Shown here piece by piece: positions 1 through 12,600 of a DNA stretch of 34,415 bases. The position numbers and the translations under genes were made by a program. This DNA is from Nemertoderma westbladi. Taxonomy: Eukaryota > Animalia > Xenacoelomorpha. Every line of letters begins with the position of its first letter. The stretch's first letter is position 1. Where the stretch lies: positions 1 through 34,415 of the forward strand of contig JAUCBJ010000458.1 in the NCBI GenBank assembly GCA_032718475.1, written 5' to 3'. Below the pieces are notes generated by a model, which worked only from the letters and a program-made list of their open reading frames with translations, was not told the origin of the DNA and searched no databases.

Positions 1-1430
1 GTTCTGGCCCCAAAACGAAGTGTTCGCGTATGCGCAGCAATATTAAATCTAAAACGGCCACAAAGACGAAGACAAAGTCGAAGACGGCCACCCTAGTCTT
101 GCGTTAGCTCTTTAGGGATACCATTTTTGCGGAGGAGAAGGCTACGTCAGAAAGTAAGCTAGAACCACCAATAAGATGTTCCTAGACCCCCCCCCAGAAT
201 CGACTGAAAAGTCCGCAAGACTTTTTTTGGAGCGATCCGGCCGACGGGTAACCCGCTGGGTCCATTTTGACCCGTTTTTACCCATTTTTCGGAGTTGAAA
301 TTTTAAAAGTGTTTGTTCTCAGGAACTACGTCTCCCCCCAATAAGGGGCCAACGCAGTTCGAAAGAGCAAGGTCCATACCCCCCAAAACTACCTTTTGTA
401 TATACGCCGACAAATATTTTGTCCGCGATCAGTAAAAGATCATGAAGATCGTGTTTGATCGCGAATCGGACAGAGAAGGAGTTTCCACATCTGAAAATGG
501 TCTAGCCCATCGTCTTTCTCGTCCCCGAATTGTGGGGGGTAGCCGGAAGCCCAATTTCTCAAAATTTATTCTTGACCATGATCGCGATCGTCGAAAAGAT
601 CGTAAATGATCTTTAACTTTAAAGCTATTTGGGACTTAATTTTCTTAATAGAAATTGTTGACTGGACTGTTGCGAGTTGATTAAAAGAAATTTCAACTCG
701 ATAGGCCTAACCGTACCGGAGATACAAAGATCCAAAGTCTGACGTATGATCTTTAAAGATCACCCTATGATGACTCGGTCGGTAATTTTTTTTAAATTAA
801 ATGAATGTTTAGAAAGGTCGCGCGCACCCAACCATGCATCGCGTTCCAAGTTGCGGATGACAGCTGCTCCGGAAATCAGACTTTACCAAAAAAAAACCGG
901 ATCTTCAAAGATCATTGCCGAATAACTCGAGAACCATAAGGGCTATGAAAAAACTTTCAACGGCAATAATATTCGCCTCTTCAATGCGCTTCAAACCATG
1001 TATTTGGATTTTTCGTAGCGTCGATATTTTTCGAGATATAGCCTTCGAAACGCGGGTATGGCAAAACGGGTGTTTGTACCGGTACCTAGGCCTAGCTGTA
1101 CACGATTGGAGTGATTTAAACATTGGAATCTTAATGATTCGCGACGGGCTACACGCCAGTTTTTAAATTTCTGAAAAAGACCCAGCGGTTGCAGAGATAT
1201 GAAAATTTTTCAAATGTACCTCGCGTCGATCGAAAAGTGCCATCGTCGAAAACGAAAAATTTTTAATCTCAATTTTCACCATGAAGAATTGATTTTTATG
1301 AAAAAGTCTCCAGATGAAAAGTGATCAGAATCATTAATTACCTACAAGGGGATGAAATTCGAGTCACTAAAATGAATTTTAAAATTTTTTTTGGTTAAAA
1401 TTTAGTTTGGACCAGGAACGAGGCTTAATC
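1..1430. mobile_element. Possible non-autonomous DNA element (Helentron/DINE-like or MITE), left end at or beyond the window edge
   Basis: Non-coding and richer in GC/CpG than the flanks, with many short palindromes (gatcgcgatc; cgggtaacccg 245-255; cgagttga...tcaactcg 674-700). The first bases gttctggcccccaa are an imperfect inverted match to ttggaccaggaac at 1407-1419. No TSD can be checked. The classification is inference. Confidence 0.3.
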
Positions 1431-1500
1431 TAATATACAGTCAGTTGGCGGAGGGAGCGGAGCGACCGGAGCCCCAAAAACTAAAACCCCTGGGTTACTG

Positions 1501-1524
1501 CCCCCCCCCCCCCCCCCCCCCCCC
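1501..1524. repeat. Poly-C tract (24 nt) directly preceding the 110-bp satellite
   Basis: Read directly. Confidence 0.95.
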
Positions 1525-4500
1525 GCTAAATCCCCATTTATAGTGTTTACAATATGTCAATAACTACATACTGCATTTAGATTTACATTTTTTATGTTAA
1601 AAAACTGAAAAAAATTTCCGCTCGCTTCGCTCACGCTTAATCCCCATTTATAGTGTTTACAATATGTCAACAACTACTTACTGCATTTAGATTTACATTT
1701 TTATGTTAAAAAACTGGAAAAATTTTCCGCTCGCTTCGCTCGCGCTGCATCCCCATTTATATTGTTTACAATATGTCAATAACTACATACTGCATTTAGA
1801 TTTATAATTTTCCAGTTAAAAAACTGAAAAAATTTTCCGCTCGCTTCGCTCGCGCTCAATCCCCGTTTGTAGTGTTTACAATATGTCAATAACTACATAC
1901 TGCATTTAGATTTACATATTTTATAAACTGAAAAAATTTTCCGCTCGCTTCGCTCGCGCTTATTCCCCATTTATAGTGTTTACAATATGTCAATAACTAC
2001 CGGTACATACTGCATTTAGATTTACATATTTTATGTTAAAAAACTTAAAAAATTTTCCGCTCGCTTTGCTCGCGCTCAATCCCCATTTATAGTGTTTACA
2101 ATATGTCAACAACTACTTACTGCATTTAGATTTACATTTTTATGTTAAAAAACTGGAAAAATTTTCCGCTCACTTCGCTATCGCTCAATCCCCATTTATA
2201 GTGTTTACAATATGTCAATAACTACATACTGCATTTTGATTTACATTTTTTATGTTTAAAAACTTAAAAAATTTTCCGCTCACTTCGCTCTCGCTCAATC
2301 CCCATTTATAGTGTTTACAATATGTCAATAACTACATACTGCATTTAGATTTACATTTTTTATGTTTAAAAACTTAAAAAATTTTCCGCTCACTTCGCTC
2401 GCGCTGCATCCCCTTTTATATTGTTTACAATATGTCAATAACTACATACTGCATTTAGATTTACAATTTCACAGTTTAAAAAGTGAAAAAATTTTCGCTC
2501 GCGCTCAATCCCCATTTATAGTGTTTACAATATGTCAATAACTACATACTGCATTTAGATTTACATTTTTTATGTTAAAAAACTGGAAAAATTTTCCGCT
2601 CACTTCGCTCTCGCTCAATCCCCATTTATAGTGTTTACAATATGTCAATAACTACATACTGCATTTAGATTTACATATTTTATGTTAAAAAACTTAAAAA
2701 ATTTTCCGCTCGCTTCACTCGCGCTCAATCCCCATCTATAGTGTTTACAATATGTCAACAACTACTTACTGCATTTACATTTACATTTTTATGTTAAAAA
2801 ACTGGAAAAATTTTCCGCTCACTTCGCTCTCGCTCAATCCCCATTTATAGTGTTTACAATATGTCAATAACTACATACTGCATTTAGATTTACATTTTTT
2901 ATGTTAAAAAACTTAAAAAATTTTCCGCTCGCTTCGCTCGCGCTGCATCCCCTTTTATATTGTTTACAATATGTCAATAACTACATACTGCATTTAGATT
3001 TACAATTTTACAGTTTAAAAAGTGAAAAAATTTTCCGCTCGTTTCGCTCGCGCTCAATCCCCATTTATAGTGTTTACAATATGTCAACAACTACATACTG
3101 CATTTAGATTTACATTTTACTGCATTTAGATTTACATTTTTTATGTTAAAAAACTTTAAAAATTTTCCGCTCGCTTCGCTCGCGCTGCATCCCCATTTAT
3201 ATTGTTTACAATATGTCAATAACTACATACTGCATTTAGATTTACAATTTTTCAGTTAAAAAAGTGAAAAAATTTTCCGCTCGCTTCGCTCGCGCTCAAT
3301 CCCCATTTATAGTTTTCACGTCAATAACTACATACTGCATTTAGATTTACATTTTTTATGTTAAAAAACTGAAAAAATTTTCCGCTCGCTTCGCTCGCGC
3401 TCAATCCCCGTTTATAGTGTTTATAATATGTCAATAACTACATACTGTATTTAGATTTACATTTTTTATGTTAAAAAACTGAAAAAATTTTCCGCTCGCT
3501 TCGCTCGCGCTCAATCCCCGTTTATAGTGTTTATAATATGTCAATAACAACATACTGCATTTAGATTTACATTTTTTATGTTAAAAAACTTAAATTATTG
3601 TGTTTATAATATGTCAATAACTACATACAGTATTTAGATTGACATTTTTTATGTTAAAAAACTTAAAAAATTTTCCGCTCGCTTCGCTCGCGCTCAATCC
3701 CCGTTTATAGTGTTTATAATATGTCAATATTTACATACTGCATTTAGATTTACATTTTTTATGTTTAAAAACTGAAAAAATTTTCCGCTCGCTTCGCTCG
3801 CGCTCTGTCCCCGTTTATAGTGTTTATAATATGTCAATTAGTACATACTGCATTTAGATTTACATTTTTTATGTTAAAAAAATTTAAAAATTTTCCGCTC
3901 GCTTCGCTCGCGCTCAATCCCCGTTTATAGTGTTTATAATATGTCAATAACTACATTCTGCATTTAGATTTACATTTTTATGTCAAAAAACTGAAAAAAT
4001 TTTACGCTCGCTTCGCTTGCGCTCAATCCCCATTTATTGTGTTTACAATATGTCCATAACTACATACTGCATTTAGATTTACATTTTTTATGTTAAAAAA
4101 TATTAATATATATTGTTTTTTATGTTAAAAAACTGAAAAAATTTTCCGCTCGCTTCGCTCGCGCTCAATCCCCGTTTATAGTGTTTATAATATGTCAATA
4201 ACTACATACTGTATTTAGATTTACATTTTTTATGTTAAAAAACTGAAAAAATTTTCCGCTCGCTTCGCTCGCGCTCAATCCCCATTTGTAGTCTTTATAA
4301 TATGTCAATAACTACATACTGCATTTAGATTTACATTTTTTATGTTAAAAAACTGAAAAAATTTTCCGCAATAACTACATACTGCATTTAGATTTACATT
4401 TTTTATGTTAAAAAACTGAAAAAATTTTCCGCTCGCTTCGCTCGCGCTCAATCCCCGTTTATAGTGTTTATAATATGTCAATAACTACATACTGCATTTA

Positions 4501-7500
4501 GATTTACATTTTTTATGTTTAAAAACTGAAAAAATTTTACGCTCGCTTCGCTCGCGCTCAGTCCCCGTTTATAGTGTTTATAATATGTCAATTACTACAT
4601 ACTGCATTTAGATTTACATTTTTCATGTTAAAAAACTTTAAAAATTTTCCGCTCGCTTCGCTCGCGCTCAATCCCCGTTTATAGTGTTTATAATATGTCA
4701 ATAACTACATTCTGCATTTAGATTTACATTTTTATGTCAAAAAACTGAAAAAATTTTACGCTCGCTTCGCTTGCGCTCAATCCCCATTTATTGTGTTTAC
4801 AATATGTCCATAACTACATACTGCATTTAGATTTACATTTTTTATGTTAAAAAATATTAATATATATTGTTTTTTATGTTAAAAAACTGAAAAAATTTTC
4901 CGCTCGCTTCGCTCGCGCTCAATCCCCGTTTATAGTGTTTATAATATGTCAATAACTACATACTGTATTTAGATTTACATTTTTTATGTTAAAAAACTGA
5001 AAAAATTTTCCGCTCGCTTCGCTCGCGCTCAATCCCCATTTATAGTGTTTATAATATGTCAATAACTACATACTGCATTTAGATTTACATTTTTTATGTT
5101 AAAAAACTGAAAAAATTTTCCGCTCGCTTCGCTCGCGCTCAATCCCCGTTTATAGTGTTTATAATATGTCAATAACTACATACTGTATTTAGATTTACAT
5201 TTTTTATGTTAAAAAACTGAAAAAATTTTCCGCTCGCTTCGCTCGCGCTCAATCCCCATTTATAGTGTTTATAATATGTCAATAACTACATACTGCATTT
5301 AGATTTACATTTTTTATGTTAAAAAACTGAAAAAATTTTCCGCTCGCTTCGCTCGCGCTCAATCCCCGTTTATAGTGTTTATAATATGTCAATAACTACA
5401 TACTGTATTTAGATTTACATTTTTTATGTTAAAAAACTGAAAAAATTTTTCGCTCGCTTCGCTCGCGCTCAATCCCCGTTTATAGTGTTTATAATATGTC
5501 AATAACAACATACTGCATTTAGATTTACATTTTTTATGTTAAAATACTTAAATTATTGTGTTTATAATATGTCAATAACTACATACAGTATTTAGATTGA
5601 CATTTTTTATGTTAAAAAACTGAAAAAATTTTCCACTCGCTTCGCTCGCGCTCAATCCCCGTTTATAGTGTTTATAATATGTCAATATTTACATACTGCA
5701 TTTAGATTTACATTTTTTATGTTTAAAAACTGAAAAAATTTTCCGCTCGCTTCGCTCGCGCTCTGTCCCCGTTTATAGTGTTTATAATATGTCAATTAGT
5801 ACATACTGCATTTAGATTTACATTTTTTATGTTAAAAAAATTTAAAAATTTTCCGCTCGCTTCGCTCGCGCTCAATCCCCGTTTATAGTGTTTATAATAT
5901 GTCAATAACTACATTCTGCATTTAGATTTACATTTTTATGTCAAAAAACTGAAAAAATTTTACGCTCGCTTCGCTTGCGCTCAATCCCCATTTATTGTGT
6001 TTACAATATGTCCATAACTACATACTGCATTTAGATTTACATTTTTTATGTTAAAAAATATTAATATATATTGTTTTTTATGTTAAAAAACTGAAAAAAT
6101 TTTCCGCTCGCTTCGCTCGCGCTCAATCCCCGTTTATAGTGTTTATAATATGTCAATAACTACATACTGTATTTAGATTTACATTTTTTATGTTAAAAAA
6201 CTGAAAAAATTTTCCGCTCGCTTCGCTCGCGCTCAATCCCCATTTATAGTCTTTATAATATGTCAATAACTACATACTGCATTTAGATTTACATTTTTTA
6301 TGTTAAAAAACTGAAAAAATTTTCCGCTCGCTTCGCTCGCGCTCAATCCCCGTTTATAGTGTTTATAATATGTCAATAACTACATACTGTATTTAGATTT
6401 ACATTTTTTATGTTAAAAAACTGAAAAAATTTTCCGCTCGCTTCGCTCGCGCTCAATCCCCATTTATAGTGTTTATAATATGTCAATAACTACATACTTC
6501 ATTTAGATTTACATTTTTTATGTTAAAAAACTGAAAAAATTTTCCGCTCGCTTCGCTCGCGCTCAATCCCCGTTTATAGTGTTTATAATATGTCAATAAC
6601 TACATTCTGCATTTAGATTTACATTTTTATGTCAAAAAACTGAAAAAATTTTACGCTCGCTTCGCTTGCGCTCAATCCCCATTTATTGTGTTTACAATAT
6701 GTCCATAACTACATACTGCATTTAGATTTACATTTTTTATGTTATATTGTTTTTTATGTTAAAAAACTGAAAAAATTTTCCGCTCGCTTCGCTCGCGCTC
6801 AATCCCTGTTTATAGTGTTTATAATATGTCAATAACTACATACTGTATTTAGATTTACATTTTTTATGTTAAAAAACTGAAAAAAATTTTCCGCTCGCTT
6901 CGCTCGCGCTCAATCCCCATTTATAGTGTTTATAATATGTCAATAACTACATACTGCATTTAGATTTACATTTTTTATGTTAAAAAACTGAAAAAATTTT
7001 CCGCTCGCTTCGCTCGCGCTCAATCCCCGTTTATAGTGTTTATAATATGTCAATAACTACATACTGTATTTAGATTTACATTTTTTATGTTAAAAAACTG
7101 AAAAAATTTTCCGCTCGCTTCGCTCGCGCTCACTCCCCGTTTATAGTGTTTATAATATGTCAATAACTACATACTGCATTTAGATTTACATTTTTTATGT
7201 TAAAAAACTTAAATTATTGTGTTTATAATATGTCAATAACTACATACAGTATTTAGATTGACATTTTTTATGTTAAAAAACTGAAAAAATTTTCCGCTCG
7301 CTTCGCTCGCGCTCAATCCCCGTTTATAGTGTTTAGAATATGTCAATAACTACATACTGCATTTAGATTTACATTTTTTATGTTTAAAAACTGAAAAAAT
7401 TTTCCGCTCGCTTCGCTCGCGCTCTGTCCCCGTTTATAGTGTTTATAATATGTCAATTAGTACATACTGCATTTAGATTTACATTTTTTATGTTAAAAAA

Positions 7501-9054
7501 CTTTAAAAATTTTCCGCTCGCTTCGCTCGCGCTCAATCCCCGTTTATAGTGTTTATAATATGTCAATAACTACATTCTGCATTTAGATTTACATTTTTAT
7601 GTCAAAAAACTGAAAAAATTTTACGCTCGCTTCGCTTGCGCTCAATCCCCATTTATTGTGTTTACAATATGTCCATAACTACATACTGCATTTAGATTTA
7701 CATTTTTTATGTTAAAAAATATTAATATATATTGTTTTTTATGTTAAAAAACTGAAAAAATTTTCCGCTCGCTTCGCTCGCGCTTAATCCCCGTTTATAG
7801 TGTTTATAATATGTCAATAACTACATACTGTATTTAGATTTACATTTTTTATGTTAAAAAACTGAAAAAATTTTCCGCTCGCTTCGCTCGCGCTCAATCC
7901 CCATTTATAGTGTTTATAATATGTCAATAACTACATACTGCATTTAGATTTACATTTTTTATGTTAAAAAACTGAAAAAATTTTCCGCTCGCTTCGCTCG
8001 CGCTCAATCCCCGTTTATAGTGTTTATAATATGTCAATAACTACATACTGTATTTAGATTTACATTTTTTATGTTAAAAAACTGAAAAAATTTTCCGCTC
8101 GCTTCGCTCGCGCTCAATCCCCATTTATAGTGTTTATAATATGTCAATAACTACATACTTCATTTAGATTTACATTTTTTATGTTAAAAAACTTAAAAAA
8201 TTTTCCGCTCGCTTCGCTCGCGCTCAATCCCCGTTTGTAGTGTTTAGAATATGTCAATAACTACATACTGCATTTACATTTACATTTTTTATGTGCGAAA
8301 AATTTAGATTTTCATTTTTTATGTTAAAAAACTTAAAAAATTTTCCGCTCGCTTCGCTCGGGCTCAATCCCCGTTTATAGTGTTTATAATATGTCAATAA
8401 CTACATTCTGCATTTAGATTTACATTTTTATGTCAAAAAACTGAAAAAATTTTACGCTTACTTCGCTTGCGCTCAATCCCCATTTATTGTGTTTACAATA
8501 TGTCCATAACTACATACTGCATTTAGATTTACATTTTTTATGTTCGCTCGCGCTCAATCCCCGTTTATAGTGTTTATAATATGTCAATAACTACATACTG
8601 CATTTAGATTTACATTTTTTATGTTAAAAAACTGAAATTATAGTGTTTATAATATGTCAATAACTACATACAGTATTTAGATTGACATTTTTTATGTTAA
8701 AAAACTGAAAAAATTTTCCGCTCGCTTCGCGCGCGCTCAATCCCCATTTATAGTGTTTATAATATGTCAATAACTACATACTGCATTTAGATTTACATTT
8801 TTTATGTTTAAAAACTGAAAAAATTTTCCGCTCGCTTCGCTTGCGCTCAATCCCCGTTTATAGTGTTTATAATATGTCAATTACTACATACTGCATTTAG
8901 ATTTACATTTTTTATGTTAAAAAACTTTAAAAATTTTCCGCCCGCTTCGCTCGCGCTCAATCCCCGTTTATAGTGTTTATAATATGTCAATAACTACATT
9001 CTGCATTTAGATTTACATTTTTATGTCAAAAAACTGAAAAAATTTTACGCTCGC
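1525..9054. repeat. Tandem satellite, 110-bp unit, roughly 68-70 copies
   Basis: Unit aatccccgtttatagtgtttataatatgtcaataactacatactgcatttagatttacattttttatgttaaaaaactgaaaaaattttccgctcgcttcgctcgcgctc. Period checked at 4921 to 5031. The copy number is length divided by period; some units are truncated. Confidence 0.98.
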
Positions 9055-9925
9055 ATCTTGATCACGTCTGCATTTAAAAACAGTCAGTTGACGTTGACCT
9101 ACTGCTGCTACAACTACAGCACTATCTGACTATTACTGTCAGACTGTATATATGTTAACATAATTGGAAAATTTCCTTGCTCGCTACGCTCGCATTTTAA
9201 TCTGTTAATGTTAAAATACTGTAGGGCTACAGCATTATAAACTGATAAATTATTACAATTAAGCAATTAGCCTACAGAATTACTGCAAAATTTCATAGTC
9301 AACTGTTGGCTTGGCGCGCATTAGATATCATGACTGGCGCGATTTTCGTTTAACTAGAACGCGTGTGGCGCGCTTTTTGTCAGTATTCCATATAGGTTGT
9401 GGCTTAGCTTAACCAGTTAACACTACTGCAGTCTCCAGTACTGTACTGCGTACTGCAGTACTGCCTGACTGCCAGTCTGTTGGAAGTAGGCATATGTACC
9501 GGTACCTTTGACAGTTTGAAGCACTGCAGTACTAAGTCAGTAAGTACTGAAGTAGGCGTAATCCAGTACAGCAGTAATCCCTGGTGACCTGCCGGCCAGG
9601 TTGGAATTAATGCTGCAAAACTCGGACCCGTCGCGTTCTCGCGTAACTGCGCGAATGACCGCGAACCAGATGCGCGTTGTACGTTTGGGTGAGACAGGTG
9701 CGCGGTACTACAGTACTATCTGACTAGGCCTACTGTTATATACAAACAAGTAAAGTCAGAAAGTAACAATCTGACAATGTACAGATGTATTAAGTAGGCC
9801 TATTACTTAATTTTAATTAGGCCTATATAAGCCAGTGTAAATTTGTTCTTATGAGCTGCGCGATTTTTTGAGATATGGATGGCATTAGCTGCGCGATTTT
9901 GTATGGATATGATGACGTGCGTGAC

Positions 9926-11418
9926 CAGGGATGGCAAAAACCATAAGTTTTTCAGAAAAAATTTTAGGTTTTAGGTTTTGCAAGGTTTTTGTAGGTTTTT
10001 GGAAGGTTTTTGCCGGTTTTTGAAGGTTTTCGCTAGGTTTTTGTAGTATTTCGCTAGGTTTTTGTAGTATTTCTGTATTTGTATATTGATTGAATAGATT
10101 GACCTGGCAGCCTGGTTGGTAAATGATTAGATTAATTATATGGGGCCACATTTGGTCAACTGGTCATGGTCAAGATTATAATTTATAGATACCGGTACAC
10201 TATGATACAAAATTGTTTGAAAGAATGAGTCCGTCAGGTTTCATTGTCATATTAGTTACAATTATTTAAACCTGTACAAAGTCTGAAAGTAGGCTTACAG
10301 CAGTACAGTCTTAAATTCAGACAGTAGGTGGTAGGTGCAACTATTTATTACACTATTAGTGTATTAGTTCAGTAGTCTATTAGTATCATTTGCATCAATC
10401 AATGCATGCAGAATGCCTGAATGCAGGCACGCGATTCAGCGAATGCAGAATGCCACCCCATACCACAGTCCCATACTGCCATAAAAGCACGGTCCTACGA
10501 ATTACCCCAAAATACCCCAAAACACCCCAAAATACCCCAAAATAGTATAAAACTACCCCAAAATACCCCAAAATAGTTTATAATTACCTCAAAATAGTTT
10601 AGAATTACCCCAAAATACTTTTTTTGAGGCTTTGTTTTGGAAATTTAATTTACCCAAAAATATGGCAAAATGACGAATTACCCCAAAATAATGACGAATT
10701 ACTCCAAAATAATTTAAAAATTTTTCTTCACTCTCGTTTATTGTTTTGGTTAAAAAAACTTGCCACTGTAACCTGCTCCTTTCCCTCGCTGTTAAAAAAC
10801 ATTGTTAGCTTATTTTGGGGTAATTTTTTAGCCTTTTTGGGGTATTTTGGGGTAATTTTTGACTATTTTGGGGTGTTTTGGGGTAATTCGTAGGACCCTA
10901 AAAGCATAACGCAAACCATAACCTGATAACCCGATAACCACCTGACTGCCTGTGACCACCAGCTGACCAAAGCCAGAGCTGCAGAGACCACCCACTGACG
11001 CGGACCCAGCCACCTATCTGCCCGGAGCCTGGACCACTGCTGCGCTGTACGTGTACAGTTCAGCAGTTATCAGTAGCAACATACATACTACATACGTCAG
11101 GATGTAGGTCTGTAGTCAGGTAGTTGAGTCACCGGTCAGCCGGTACCGGACCATCTGACTGCTAACTTGCATCAGCTAACTTGCATCAGTCAGCTTGTCA
11201 CTAGTGACAAGACAACTGGACTGGACTGGAACTCATCAGCTGACATGCACAGATACAAGTTGACTTGTTCAGTTGTTTCGAGTGTACAGTACAAATGAAA
11301 TTAAAAGGCAAATTAAAGATGAAAAATCAAAAACCTAAAAACCTAGTTTTAGGCTTTTTTCAAATTTTAGGTTTTTGACAATAACCTAGGTTTACAAAAA
11401 CCTACTTTGCCAGCCCTG
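9926..11418. mobile_element. hAT-type MITE (middle element of the nest; about 1.08 kb without its insert)
   Basis: TIR cagggatggcaaa / tttgccagccctg (12/13). 8-bp TSD tgcgtgac at 9918-9925 and 11419-11426. Subterminal aggtttt repeats (about 9965-10065) are mirrored by aaaacct (about 11330-11403). CAGGG ends with an 8-bp TSD are typical of hAT. Confidence 0.9.
10490..10898. mobile_element. 409-bp foldback-like MITE with C4A4/T4G4-rich inverted arms (inner element of the nest)
   Basis: 22-bp perfect inverted repeat ggtcctacgaattaccccaaaa (from 10491) and ttttggggtaattcgtaggacc (to 10897). 8-bp TSD taaaagca at 10482-10489 and 10899-10906. GG-type ends with an 8-bp TSD would fit Merlin or Mutator-like elements (inference). 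Confidence 0.9.
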
Positions 11419-12179
11419 TGCGTGACGAGCCAATTTCAGGTGCGCCGTGATCTCGAAACATCAATGCGTACCTTCGCATACATGCATGAATTCCAACCTG
11501 GCCTGCCGGTAATGGCAATACAAATAATAGTCCTGTTACAGTGTTAGGGGCATAAATTGTATGCTTTCAGGCATTAGCAGTTAGACTGTTAGGTCGTTAG
11601 TGAATCGGGGAAAAATTCTATTTTCAACGAGTTGAAATTTCAACTTTATTTTTTGAAATTTTTTTATTGAAATTAAACTTTTGGAGTACCGCACCGGTAC
11701 CGGAAGATATTATTATTCAACTTTTTTTTATATGTATAATTCAACTTTTTGAAATACCGCTAGCTTTGGAAATACTGAAATATGGAATTTGAATCTTTAG
11801 GCCTACTGGTAGGCCTATTCCATTGCATTGCCGTAGTATTTCAACTAATTTGCAAATGTAATACAGGTACCGGTACGGTAACTTGAACTTCTAGTCCTAA
11901 TGTTTTTAAAAAAAGGTACCCGTACCCCCTATGGTATTCCCGCTGTTGCTGTTGGGGGCCTTCAGGTCTTTTACGTCTCCGTCATTTTGGAGTTTAATTT
12001 ACAACTTAAAAGTTGAAGTTTAAAAGACTGAAAGAAAGGTTTAAATTTCAACTTCGTTTAAATTTGAAGTTTTCCCTCCAGCACTGACTTTTGGGTCTAC
12101 TAGCAACTACTATCGTAGGCCTACTGATCTATTAGGCTACTAGCAACTAATATTGTAGTCCTACTTATCTAATGCTGTT

Positions 12180-12600
12180 ATGGATAAAATGATTATAAAT
12201 GGAAAAACATTCGTATTACCATTTTCAATACCGGTCGAGGTCGTGGGCGCGGCCGTCGAGGGCGGCGATACCGCCCATACACTGCCCCCCCTGCCCTCCC
12301 TGTCGACCATGCTGCAGCCGACGTTGGCACTCGAACCGGTGGCGCCACCATCGTCACCGAATGTGGACATATAGGAGAAGAAGAAATACAAAACCGGAGG
12401 GGTCCATCGGCGAATAACGTACCATAGGCGGATAACGTACAATTGCCGGATATAGTATAATCGCCGGATAAAGTACAATCGCCGGATAACGAACAATCGG
12501 AGGTTTGTAAGGAAGGAACGTAATGCGAACTCATAGACCCTGCGCGAGATATTGGGAGTGGGGGGGGGATCTAATGCGACCTTACAGACACTCCCAGGTA
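12180..12600 (+). pseudogene. Possible decayed coding segment (Pro/Ser/acidic low-complexity protein with hexapeptide repeat)
   Basis: GC-rich island. After removing a 2-nt AT slip near 12370, ORF 12180-12374 continues as IGEEEIQNRRGPSANNVP*ADNVQLPDIV*SPDKVQSPDNEQSEVCKEGT*CELID. The stops sit where neighbouring repeat units have caa or tcg. No homolog recognised. Confidence 0.3.
12408..12500. repeat. 18-bp minisatellite, about 5 copies
   Basis: Consensus gtacaatcgccggataac. Confidence 0.85.

Larger units (their letters stand above)
9596..11501. mobile_element. Non-autonomous TIR DNA transposon (outer element of a nest; about 0.4 kb without its inserts)
   Basis: TIR ccaggttggaattaatgc (9596-9613) and gcatgaattccaacctgg (11484-11501), 17/18 match. 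8-bp direct repeat cctgccgg at 9588-9595 and 11502-11509. Superfamily uncertain. Confidence 0.88.

Noticed and set aside
905-1166. Overlapping short ORFs on both strands
   Set aside because: No recognisable motifs or splice structure; they lie in a probable non-coding repeat.
1525-9054. CRISPR array or coding repeat (ORF 2901-3107)
   Set aside because: The whole 110-bp unit is repeated with no spacers. The period is not a multiple of three and the ORF is a chance read-through.
10490-10898. Ciliate nanochromosome or true telomere
   Set aside because: The period is about 10 nt rather than 8, and the segment is bounded by TIRs and an 8-bp TSD, so it is a MITE.
9885-11013. ORFs 9885-10151, 10624-10893 and 10828-11013
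   Set aside because: They are translations of MITE subterminal repeats with no transposase motifs.
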